Translations under genes and position numbers: made by a program
The notes under the pieces: model-generated
The model's database searches: none
The model's input: only the letters and a program-made list of their open reading frames with translations
What the model was told of the DNA's origin: nothing
Source of the DNA: an uncultured Chloroflexia bacterium
Lineage (GTDB): Bacteria > Chloroflexota > Limnocylindria > Limnocylindrales > CSP1-4
DNA: 64,000 nucleotides
Reading direction: 5' to 3'
Assembly: GCA_963746845.1 (NCBI GenBank)
Contig: CAVVCZ010000004.1
Span: forward strand, 480,001-544,000
Shown here: positions 39,191 to 47,369 of the stretch, piece by piece
Layout: every line of letters starts with the position of its first letter
Numbering within the stretch: position 1 is the first letter of the stretch

Positions 39191-40600
39191 ATGACCACCA
39201 CCAACCCCGCCACCATCGACCCCGTCGTCGACGCCTGGCTCGACGGCCACGCCGGGGAGCGCCTGGAGTCGTACAAGGCCTTCCTGCGCATCCCGAGCAT
39301 CTCGGCGCTCCCCGAGCACGCCGACGACTGCCGGCACGCCGCCGAGTGGATCGCCGACGACCTGCGCCGGATCGGCGTCGAGCACGTCGAGGTCGCCACG
39401 ACCGAGGGTCACCCGATCGTCTACGGCGACTGGCTCCACGCTCCGGGCGCCCCGACCGCCCTCGTCTACTGCCACTACGACGTCCAGCCGGTCGACCCGG
39501 TCGAACTGTGGGACTCGCCGCCGTTCGAGCCGGCTGTCGTGGACGGCCGGATGCTCGCCCGCGGTGCGTCGGACGACAAGGGCCAGATCCACATGCATCT
39601 CCGCGCCGCGGAGGCACTCCTGGCGACCCACGGGGCAATCCCGATCAACCTGAAGTTCGTCTTCGAGGGCGAGGAGGAATCGAGCAGCGCCCATCTCGAT
39701 GCCTGGCTCGAGACGAACCGCGAGCGCGTGGCCGCGGACGTCGCGATCATCAGCGACACGGGCTTCTTCGAGGGCAACGTCCCGGCGATCACCGTCGGCC
39801 TGCGGGGCCTGATGTACGCCCAGATCGACGTCGTCGGCACGGCCGTCGACCTCCACTCCGGCGGTTTCGGCGGGGCCGTCCAGAACCCGGCCAACGCCCT
39901 CGCGACGATCATCGCCGCGCTGAAGGGTCCGGACGGCCGGATCCTCGTCCCGGGCTTCTACGACGACGTCCTGCCGCTGTCCGCCGACGACCGGGCCCAC
40001 TTCGCGGCCCTGCCGTTCGACGAGGCCGTCTACCTCGATCACCTCGGCCTGCCCGAGCTGTTCGGCGAGGTGGGCTACACGACACTCGAGCGACGCGGCG
40101 GCCGACCGAGCCTCGACGTGAACGGGTTGTGGGGCGGGTTCCAGGGCGAGGGGTCGAAGACGATCATCCCCGCCCACGCGCACGCGAAGGTCAGCTGCCG
40201 GCTCGTCGCCGACCAGGACCCGACGCGGATCTTCGAGGCCCTCCGGGCCTACGTGGCGCAGATCGCCCCGCCGGGGGTGACGACGACCGTGCGCTCGCTG
40301 GGCGGCGGCCGGCCGAGCCTGACCCCGGTCGACCATCCGGTGACGCAGGCGGCGGCCCGTGCCCTCGAGGCGACGTTCGGGCAGCCGCCGGTCTTCGTCC
40401 GTGAGGGCGGCTCGATCCCGGTCTGCGCGTCGTTCGAGTCGATCCTCGACGAGCCGGTCGTGCTCATCGGGTTCGCGCCTGCCGACGGCCATGCCCACGC
40501 CCCGAACGAGTGGATGGACCTCGGCAACTACGAGACCGGGATCCGCACGATCGTCCGTCTCTGGGACGAGATCGCCGCCCTCCCGACGCTCGAGACGTAG
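39191..40600 (+). CDS. M20-family dipeptidase
   Basis: HYDVQP, ARGASDDKG, EGEEE, DLHSG, GGSIP and HAPNE motifs. Confidence 0.93.
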   Translation: MTTTNPATIDPVVDAWLDGHAGERLESYKAFLRIPSISALPEHADDCRHAAEWIADDLRRIGVEHVEVATTEGHPIVYGDWLHAPGAPTALVYCHYDVQPVDPVELWDSPPFEPAVVDGRMLARGASDDKGQIHMHLRAAEALLATHGAIPINLKFVFEGEEESSSAHLDAWLETNRERVAADVAIISDTGFFEGNVPAITVGLRGLMYAQIDVVGTAVDLHSGGFGGAVQNPANALATIIAALKGPDGRILVPGFYDDVLPLSADDRAHFAALPFDEAVYLDHLGLPELFGEVGYTTLERRGGRPSLDVNGLWGGFQGEGSKTIIPAHAHAKVSCRLVADQDPTRIFEALRAYVAQIAPPGVTTTVRSLGGGRPSLTPVDHPVTQAAARALEATFGQPPVFVREGGSIPVCASFESILDEPVVLIGFAPADGHAHAPNEWMDLGNYETGIRTIVRLWDEIAALPTLET

Positions 40601-40698
40601 GACTTTCGGCCCTCCATCCCGTCCGCTTTCGGGCGGCTGCGCGGAAAAACCCCGGTGCTACGATGCAACCCGATGTCGTACCGGGAGGACGAGCGAGC

Positions 40699-41772
40699 GT
40701 GACCGAAACCGTCGATTCCACCGCCGCAGGACAGAGCTGGCGGCTGGACGCCGACACGGGCAGCATGGCGCCTCGATCGGCGCTGGACGTCCTCGTCGAC
40801 CTCAATGACAAGGTCGTGTCCGGCAAGGTCAGTGAATACCAGCCCGTCCCGCTCGGTTTCACGCCCCTCGACAAGACGATCGGCGCCGGCCTCCGGGCCG
40901 GTGAGCTGCTCCTCATCGGTGGTGCCCAGGGCACCGGCAAGACGACGATGGCCCTCCAGATGGCGCGCAACGTCGCCTCCGGTGGGCAGGCGAACGTCCT
41001 CTACATCTGCTTCGAGCACGACGAGCAGTACCTGCTCAACCGCCTGATCGCGATGGAGTCGGCGCTCGCCCACCTCCCGCACAAGACCGGCGCGATCAAG
41101 ATCCAGGACGTCCGCAAGGAGATCCTGGGCACATGGATGGCCGAGGGCGGCGGGGTCGCCCAGCTCGCGAGCAATCCGCGCCTCCGCCCGTCGCTTGACC
41201 GGATCGCCCGCTACGGCCAGAACCTGTTCCTGCTCCGTGGGTCGCAGACCGCGTCGACGGTCGAGAATATCCGCAAGCTCGTCCAGCAGCATCGGGAGCT
41301 GAGCGGCGACCGTCGGCTCGTCGTCTTCGTGGACTATCTCCAGAAGGTCCCCCAGATCCCGGAGCCGAACAGCGAGGTCGAGAAGGTCACGTACGTCGTG
41401 AACGGCCTCAAGGACGTCGCGCTGTCCGAGGACGTCCCGATGATCAGCATCGTGGCCGCCGACAAGGAGGGCCTGAAGGCGTCGCGCCTCCGGAACTTCC
41501 ACCTGCGCGGCTCGTCGGCGATCAACTACGAGGCCGACATCATCCTGATCCTCAACGAGAAGTACCACATCGTCGCCAAGGTCAACATCGAGTTCAACCC
41601 GTACCAGGCGCAGCGCTTCCGCGACTGGGTGGTGATCTCGGTCGAGAAGAACCGCGGCGGCCAGGACAACGTCGACCTCGAGTTCGAGAAGCACTTCGAG
41701 TTCTCCTGCTTCGACCCGAACGGTCGAACCGTCCAGGAGAAGCTGATCGAGGAGCGTCTCTACAACGACTGA
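40699..41772 (+). CDS. Stand-alone DnaB-like (SF4/RecA-fold) ATPase lacking the DnaB N-terminal domain
   Basis: LLIGGAQGTGKT, VFVDYLQ, LRGSSAINYEADIILIL and VEKNRGG motifs; GGGAGG RBS. Confidence 0.85.
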   Translation: MTETVDSTAAGQSWRLDADTGSMAPRSALDVLVDLNDKVVSGKVSEYQPVPLGFTPLDKTIGAGLRAGELLLIGGAQGTGKTTMALQMARNVASGGQANVLYICFEHDEQYLLNRLIAMESALAHLPHKTGAIKIQDVRKEILGTWMAEGGGVAQLASNPRLRPSLDRIARYGQNLFLLRGSQTASTVENIRKLVQQHRELSGDRRLVVFVDYLQKVPQIPEPNSEVEKVTYVVNGLKDVALSEDVPMISIVAADKEGLKASRLRNFHLRGSSAINYEADIILILNEKYHIVAKVNIEFNPYQAQRFRDWVVISVEKNRGGQDNVDLEFEKHFEFSCFDPNGRTVQEKLIEERLYND

Positions 41773-41794
41773 CGCTCCGCCGCGGCGTCACCCT

Positions 41795-41819
41795 CGACCC
41801 GGCCGACGCGGCCGGGTCG
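41795..41819 (+). terminator. Hairpin after the DnaB-like gene
   Basis: CGACCCGGCCG-ACG-CGGCCGGGTCG perfect 11-bp stem. Confidence 0.6.
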
Positions 41820-41857
41820 CTGGATTCCCGGGCCCGTATCACAACCGGCGACCCACG

Positions 41858-41932
41858 TCTTCCACATTTCGTCCACACTCGGTTGCGTTTCGTGGACGAT
41901 TGCGGGGCACGACCTCGCAAACTCGTGGATAA
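41858..41932. promoter_or_regulatory. Cluster of four DnaA-box-like 9-mers
   Basis: TCTTCCACA (41858, +), TCGTCCACA (41869, +), TCGTCCACG (41891-41899, -) and TTATCCACG (41924-41932, -). Confidence 0.55.
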
Positions 41933-41937
41933 GGCCG

Positions 41938-41966
41938 TTGCCTCGGCACACCCCGCCGCCTATGGT
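41938..41966 (+). promoter_or_regulatory. Sigma70-type promoter of the ncRNA
   Basis: TTGCCT-N17-TATGGT ending 7 nt before the first base of the terminal helix. Confidence 0.75.
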
Positions 41967-41973
41967 TCGTCTT

Positions 41974-42159
41974 GCCCGAAGGGGCCATCGCAAACGGACA
42001 GGCGAGGCGAGGGGTGACCCGCGCAGCGCCGCCGGTCCGGTCGGACGAGTCGCAAGGCGCGTCCCGGTCGTGACCGCCGATCCAGAAGCCGACCGGCCGA
42101 GATCACATCAAGGTTCGTCGCTTCCAGGGTCGCCACCGGGCGGGCTGGTTCCTTCGGGC
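41974..42159 (+). ncRNA. ~186-nt structured ncRNA, 6S RNA-like candidate
   Basis: 14-bp closing helix GCCCGAAGGGGCCA/TGGTTCCTTCGGGC; inner helices GGTGACCC/GGGTCGCC and GCCGGTC/GACCGGC; unpaired bubbles; own promoter and trailing TTTT. Confidence 0.7.
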
Positions 42160-42252
42160 GTTTTCGTGTGTCGGTCGGGGCGCGTTCGGGACCCGCGGGA
42201 TACACTCGGCCGACTGACACGCCCCGCTGAACGCAGGCCGTTGGAGTGCTCG

Positions 42253-42798
42253 ATGAGCCCATCCCCGACAGACTTTCCCGCGGTCGTCGAGGTCGTCGTG
42301 GAGATCCCCCGCGGCAGCCGGAACAAGTACGAGTGGGACGAGACGGCCGGCGTCTTCCGGCTCGATCGCGTGCTCGCGTCGGCGGTCCATTACAACTTCG
42401 ACTACGGGTTCATCAGCGACACCCGCGCGGGTGACGGCGACCACACCGACGCCCTCCTCCTGATCGACGAGCCGACGTTCCCCGGCTGCCGGGTGTGGGC
42501 CCGCCCGATCGGTGGCCTGGAGATGCGCGACGACAAGGGCCCGGACTTCAAGGTCCTGTGCGTCGCCGTCGCGGACCCGCACCAGGCCCACGTCAAGCGG
42601 CTCGACCAGGTCCGGCCCCATCGGCTGGTCGAGATCGAGCACTTCTTCAACACCTACAAGCTGCTCGAAGCGAAGGAGACCGACGTCCTTGGCTGGCGCG
42701 ACGCCGCACGGGCGCGGGAGGTGCTCATCGCCGATCGCGCGATCTGGCGCACGGAGCACGCCGCCGAGCCCGGCGCCGCCGCGGTCCGGCCCGGTTGA
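42253..42798 (+). CDS. ppa: Inorganic pyrophosphatase (family I)
   Basis: VEIPRGSRNKYE, LDRVL, DYGFI, DGDHTD and HFFNTYK motifs. Confidence 0.93.
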   Translation: MSPSPTDFPAVVEVVVEIPRGSRNKYEWDETAGVFRLDRVLASAVHYNFDYGFISDTRAGDGDHTDALLLIDEPTFPGCRVWARPIGGLEMRDDKGPDFKVLCVAVADPHQAHVKRLDQVRPHRLVEIEHFFNTYKLLEAKETDVLGWRDAARAREVLIADRAIWRTEHAAEPGAAAVRPG

Positions 42799-43373
42799 TC
42801 GAGGAGCCGCGCCTCTTCATCGCGGCCCCGCTGGACGATGCCGCCCGGGATGCGGTCGAGGCCGTCGTCGCGCCCGTCCGGGCGGGCGAGCCGGAAGGTC
42901 GCGGCGTCCGCTGGGTCCGCTTCGAGGGCCTGCACGTGACGCTCCGGTTCCTCGGCCCGACGCCCGAGTCGCGGGTGGCCGGCCTCGCCGACGCCATCCG
43001 CACGACCGCGACCGGCGAGACCCCCATGACGATCCGGATCTCCGGCGCCGGGGCCTTCCCGCCGCACGGTCGGCCGCGGACGCTGTGGCTCGCGATGACC
43101 GACGGCGTCGACCGCCTGACGGGCGTCGCATCCCGGCTCGATGACGCGCTGGCGGAGGTCGGGTGGGCGCGCGAAACCCGGCCGTTCCGGGCACACCTGA
43201 CGCTCGCACGGGCCGATGGCGTCCGGGCCGGGCCGGCGACCGCGGCGGCCCTGCGCCAGGCCGCGGCCGACATCGCGATCGATGCCGTCCTGGATCGGAT
43301 CGTCCTGTTCGAGAGCATCACCGGATCCGGCCGGGCCCGGTATCTCCCCCGTGCCGAGGCGCCTTTCGGGTGA
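42795..43373 (+). CDS. thpR: RNA 2',3'-cyclic phosphodiesterase (2H family)
   Basis: RLFIA, LHVTLRFLG and FRAHLTLAR (two HxT motifs); TTGA overlap with ppa. Confidence 0.9.
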   Translation: MIEEPRLFIAAPLDDAARDAVEAVVAPVRAGEPEGRGVRWVRFEGLHVTLRFLGPTPESRVAGLADAIRTTATGETPMTIRISGAGAFPPHGRPRTLWLAMTDGVDRLTGVASRLDDALAEVGWARETRPFRAHLTLARADGVRAGPATAAALRQAAADIAIDAVLDRIVLFESITGSGRARYLPRAEAPFG

Positions 43374-43477
43374 CCCGGCGGCCAGTCCGGCGAGACGGCT
43401 CGGACAGGTCCCGGTGCTACCATCGACAGTCCGCGGAGCGGATTCCCTGATCCCCCGGAAGGAGCCCTCGTCGCACC

Positions 43478-44617
43478 GTGACCCAGACGCAGCGTGGCCG
43501 CCTGGTCGTCGCGTTTGGGATCCTGAATCTCGTCCTGGCAACGGTGGCGCTGACCGCCGGGATCTTCGCGCCGGTGCGGCCGTCGGAGGTCGCCACGGCC
43601 AGCGGGAGCCCGACGTCGACGGCCTCCGACATCGCCGCGAGCATCGCTCCGAGCACCTCCCCGAGCGGTTCGTCGGCCTCATCGAGCCCGGCATCGTCTC
43701 CCTCGTCGGCGACCTCCCCGTCCTCGTCGGCCTCCGGGTCGTTCGCACCGGGTGCGTCCTCGTCGAGCGTCCCGGGTGGCTCGCCCGCGGGATCGCCGAC
43801 GTCGAGACCGGGCGGCCCGACGTCGACACCGGGCGGCCCGACCACGACCCCTCCGTCCGGCCCGACGACCGGCCCGACTGCGACGCCTGGGCCGACGGCG
43901 ACACCTCGCCCGACCGCCACGCCGCGTCCGACGCCGCGTCCGACACCGAGACCCACGCCGCGCCCGATACCGACGCCCAGACCGACCCCGATCCCGACCC
44001 GGACCCCGACGCCGCCGCGCCCGACCCCGACGCCCACCCCACCGCCGAGTGGCGAGCCCAGCGCGCCGCCGAGCGGCCAGCCGACGCCCGTCCCGACCCC
44101 GACGCCCACCCCACCGCCGAGTGGCGAGCCCAGCGCGCCGCCGTCCGGCCAGCCGACCCCGACGCCGACGAACGTCCCGTCGACCGAGCCCTCGAAGGAG
44201 CCGAGCGAGCCGCCGTCGACGGAGCCGTCGAAGGAGCCCACGTCGACGCCGTCGGACGAGCCGACGAGCACGCCGTCGAAGGAGCCCACGTCGACGCCGT
44301 CGGACGAGCCGACGAGCACGCCGTCGGACGAGCCGACGAGCACGCCGAGCGAGCCAGAGGACTCCGCAACGCCGTCCCGACGCCCGCCACACTCGCACCC
44401 GCCGTGCGAGGGGACGGCTCAGGGAGGATCCGGCTACCGCGACACCGCCGACCCATCGTCGGGCTCGTGCGCGCCCGGCGGGCATGACGACGAGTCATCC
44501 CACGGGATCGTGCTGGTGCCGTTCCTGCTGGGGAGCGGGTTGCTGACGCTGACGACCCGGATCCGGCGGCGGGGTCGCCAGGTGGGGCGGCGTCGGCGCG
44601 CGCGGTCCCGCGCCTGA
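43478..44617 (+). CDS. Pro/Thr/Ser-rich low-complexity membrane/surface protein
   Basis: N-terminal hydrophobic helix, repeat-rich body, C-terminal hydrophobic segment and Arg-rich tail; AAGGAG RBS. Confidence 0.75.
   Translation: MTQTQRGRLVVAFGILNLVLATVALTAGIFAPVRPSEVATASGSPTSTASDIAASIAPSTSPSGSSASSSPASSPSSATSPSSSASGSFAPGASSSSVPGGSPAGSPTSRPGGPTSTPGGPTTTPPSGPTTGPTATPGPTATPRPTATPRPTPRPTPRPTPRPIPTPRPTPIPTRTPTPPRPTPTPTPPPSGEPSAPPSGQPTPVPTPTPTPPPSGEPSAPPSGQPTPTPTNVPSTEPSKEPSEPPSTEPSKEPTSTPSDEPTSTPSKEPTSTPSDEPTSTPSDEPTSTPSEPEDSATPSRRPPHSHPPCEGTAQGGSGYRDTADPSSGSCAPGGHDDESSHGIVLVPFLLGSGLLTLTTRIRRRGRQVGRRRRARSRA
44021..44350 (+). repeat. Intragenic tandem repeats (72-nt duplication; 24-nt EPTSTPS[D/K] units)
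   Basis: Identical 51-nt block at 44021 and 44093; five EPTSTPS units. Confidence 0.85.
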
Positions 44618-44858
44618 CGCGGTCGGGCAACGGGCCGTTGTCCCGAGAAACAATGGAGCGGGTCGCTCCGGGGGGAGCGGAGCGACCCGCTGGGCGGTCA
44701 CCTGCCCGAGTGACCGGCCGGTCGCCCGAAGGCGAACCCGGGTCGATTGTTCCCGCTGGCCCCCATGCGCGGCATCACGCAAGCGACGTAAAGATCATTC
44801 AGGCCGTCAGTCGGATCGGTGGAGATTCCTGAACGTTCGCCTCGATTACGATGCGTGA

Positions 44859-45110
44859 ATGCCAAGGCTTGCCTGTTGGGCGTGCGGTCGACAGATCTGG
44901 ACGACCGTTCCGCTCGAGTCCCTGTTCGCCGAGGAGCGCCGGTGTCCCCGCTGTGGAGCGTTCCTCAGCCAGGAGCGGCGGGAGACCGATCGACGGACGT
45001 CCAATCGACGCCAGAACCCGGACAACGACCCCGGACCGCCGGCTGGCGTGGAGGAGCGCCGGGTCGAGGATCGCCGGAAGGAGCGACGACGCCGGTCGGT
45101 CAGCTCGTGA
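44859..45110 (+). CDS. Small zinc-ribbon protein with RRxxx repeats
   Basis: CWAC...CPRC; ERRETDRRTSNRR and ERRVEDRRKERRR; -10 TACGAT 6 nt before the ATG. Confidence 0.75.
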   Translation: MPRLACWACGRQIWTTVPLESLFAEERRCPRCGAFLSQERRETDRRTSNRRQNPDNDPGPPAGVEERRVEDRRKERRRRSVSS

Positions 45111-45789
45111 CCGGGTCGGTCGGGCGGGGCGGCTCGACGAGCCCGTAGCGGAGGGCGAACGCCACCGCCTCGAGCTTCGAGTGCACGCGGAGCTTGCCCA
45201 TGATGTTCTGGACGTGCGTCCGGAGCGTGTTCGGGGCGATGAACAGGCGCGCGCAGATCTCCGGTGTCGACAGGCCCTCGGTCAGCGCCCGGAGTACGTC
45301 CAGCTCCCGGGGCGTCAACGGCTCGATCACGCGTCGCTCGTCGGTCCGCTCGCGGGCCACCGCGACGCGGCGGGCGATCTCCACGGTCACCGATCGGGGG
45401 AGGAGCGTCTCCCCGGCATCCGCGGCACGGACCGCGAGCACGACCTCCTCCGCCGCCCGATCCTTCGTCAGATAGCCGTCCGCACCCGCCTGGATCGAGT
45501 CGAGCACCGTCTCGTCGTCGGTCAGGGCCGTGACCATGACAACGCGTGCATTCGGCCAGCGCGTCTTGATCAGCCGCGTGGCGTCGGCGCCGGTCCCGTC
45601 GGGGAGGTGGTAGTCCATCAGGACGACGTCGGGTCGCTCGCGGGAGAGCTCCTTCGCCTCCGCGACCGTGCCGGCGATGCCCATGACCTCGATGTCGGGC
45701 TCGCGGGCGAGCATGGCCGAGAGGGAGTCCGCGAGGAGCCGATGGTCCTCGACGAAGAGGACCCGGATGCGCCGTCCGTCGGCGCTCAT
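45100..45789 (-). CDS. NarL/LuxR-family response regulator (orphan)
   Basis: FVEDH, VLMDYHLPDG and GYLTK motifs; LTPRELDVL...THVQNIMGKL HTH. Confidence 0.93.
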   Translation of the reverse strand: MSADGRRIRVLFVEDHRLLADSLSAMLAREPDIEVMGIAGTVAEAKELSRERPDVVLMDYHLPDGTGADATRLIKTRWPNARVVMVTALTDDETVLDSIQAGADGYLTKDRAAEEVVLAVRAADAGETLLPRSVTVEIARRVAVARERTDERRVIEPLTPRELDVLRALTEGLSTPEICARLFIAPNTLRTHVQNIMGKLRVHSKLEAVAFALRYGLVEPPRPTDPVTS

Positions 45790-45914
45790 CGGAAGCGGCT
45801 CCGAACCGACGCCACGTCCCCCCTCCATCGATCGGTGCGTGACCGACCAGCCTGCCGGCACCGGCACGTCGCGCTCGAGGATACCAGCGCCGAACGGGCT
45901 GACATACTCCATGG

Positions 45915-46745
45915 GTGCGGGTGGCGATGCTGGGGCTGGGGCTGATCGGGGGGTCCGTCGCGCGGGCGGCGATCGGCGCCGGGATGACCGTTCGGGCGTG
46001 GACGCCCGCCGGCGCGGGCCCGCGCCTTGCCGTCGACGACGGCATCGCACCGGCGGCGAGCCCCGACGAGGCGGTGGACGGCGCCGACCTCGTCGTGCTC
46101 GCGGCACCGCCGCTCGCGACGCTCGACCTGATCGACGAGCTGGGCGCCGCGGCGCGGCTGGCCCCGGACGTCGTCGTGACCGACGTGACGAGCACGAAGG
46201 TCGCGATCGTGGATCGGGCCCGCGCTGCCGGTCTCCGGTTCGTCGGCGGTCATCCGCTCGCCGGCCGGGAGACCACCGGATACGCGGCGTCGGAGCCGGA
46301 CCTGTTCGTGGATCGGCCGTGGGTGATCGTGCCGCCCGATCCGCCCGACACCGACGCCGAGACCCGGGTCGAGACGCTGGTCGCCGCCTGTGGCGCGCGG
46401 CCGGTCCGGATGAGCGCCGTCGCCCACGACCGGGCGGTCGCGGCGATCAGCCATCTGCCGCTGCTCGTCGCTGCGGCGCTGACAGAGACCGTCGCCGGGT
46501 CGGCCGACTGGGAGGTCGCCCGGGGTCTCGCGGCCGGCGGTTGGGCGAGCATGACGCGTCTCGCCCGGGGCGATGCCGGGATGGGGGCCGGCATCCTCGC
46601 GACGAACCACGCGGAAGTGGCCGCGAGGCTGCGCGAGCTCGTGGCGACGCTCGACGCCTGGGGGGCGGATCTCGAGCGGGCGGACGCGGACACCCTGCGC
46701 GACCGTCTCGCCGCCGCTCGGACGGCCCTCGGACAGTCGGGATGA
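45915..46745 (+). CDS. tyrA: Prephenate/arogenate dehydrogenase family protein
   Basis: GLGLIGGS, TDVTSTK, VGGHPLAG, HDRAVAAISHLP and MTRLA motifs. Confidence 0.88.
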   Translation: MRVAMLGLGLIGGSVARAAIGAGMTVRAWTPAGAGPRLAVDDGIAPAASPDEAVDGADLVVLAAPPLATLDLIDELGAAARLAPDVVVTDVTSTKVAIVDRARAAGLRFVGGHPLAGRETTGYAASEPDLFVDRPWVIVPPDPPDTDAETRVETLVAACGARPVRMSAVAHDRAVAAISHLPLLVAAALTETVAGSADWEVARGLAAGGWASMTRLARGDAGMGAGILATNHAEVAARLRELVATLDAWGADLERADADTLRDRLAAARTALGQSG

Positions 46746-47353
46746 CCGACGAGCTGGTCCTCGTCGTGCCGACGGCCGATCTCCTCGATGAGGTCGCCGA
46801 CGGGGCGTCCTGGCTCGGGATCCGGCCGGCCGGGGCGGATCGGCTCGGCGAGCTGATCCGGCGCCGGGGCGCGTTCCGGCCGCGGTCCGCCATGGAGGCA
46901 GACGAGACGTGGAAGCAGGTCATCCCGTACCCCGTCCTTCGCGACGGCGACGCCTGGTTCCTCATGCGCCGGACGAAGGCCGGTGGTGACGCCCGACTGC
47001 ATGACCGCTACTCCATCGGCGTCGGCGGTCACGTGAACCCCGAGGACGGCGGGCTCGACGGCGACCTCATGGCGGCGCTCCGCCGGGAGTGGCTCGAGGA
47101 GCTCGCCGTGGACTTCGTCCCGGAGTTCCGGTTCGTCGGGCTCCTCAACGACGATTCGACCGCGGTCGGGCGCGTGCACGTCGGGCTGGTGTACGAGGCC
47201 GACGCGGCCGGCCGCCCGGTCACGATCCGCGAGACCGACAAGCTGAGTGGCGCGTTCGTGCCGGCGGCCGAGGTCGAGGCGGTCGCGGATCGCCTCGAGA
47301 CGTGGAGCCTCCTCGCGTTCGAGTTCCTCGCCGCGCGACCCGCGCTACGATGA
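46742..47353 (+). CDS. Predicted NUDIX-family phosphoesterase
   Basis: KQVIPY, SIGVGGHVN, REWLEE, GLLNDD and VGRVHVGLV motifs. Confidence 0.8.
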   Translation: MTDELVLVVPTADLLDEVADGASWLGIRPAGADRLGELIRRRGAFRPRSAMEADETWKQVIPYPVLRDGDAWFLMRRTKAGGDARLHDRYSIGVGGHVNPEDGGLDGDLMAALRREWLEELAVDFVPEFRFVGLLNDDSTAVGRVHVGLVYEADAAGRPVTIRETDKLSGAFVPAAEVEAVADRLETWSLLAFEFLAARPALR

Positions 47354-47369
47354 TCCGCGGAGGTTCCCG

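Noticed and set aside
37148-40498. Very long antisense ORFs (e.g. 37148-40498, 26624-29569, 16005-18758, 51727-54708)
   Set aside because: They are typical high-GC shadow ORFs opposite well-supported genes and have no recognisable motifs
41780-41940. Chromosomal replication origin
   Set aside because: Only four degenerate boxes, no AT-rich unwinding element, and no dnaA/dnaN/parAB nearby
41974-42159. SRP RNA, tmRNA, RNase P RNA or T-box identity for the ncRNA
   Set aside because: It lacks the SRP helix-8 motif, the tRNA-like ends of tmRNA, and the RNase P and T-box consensus elements
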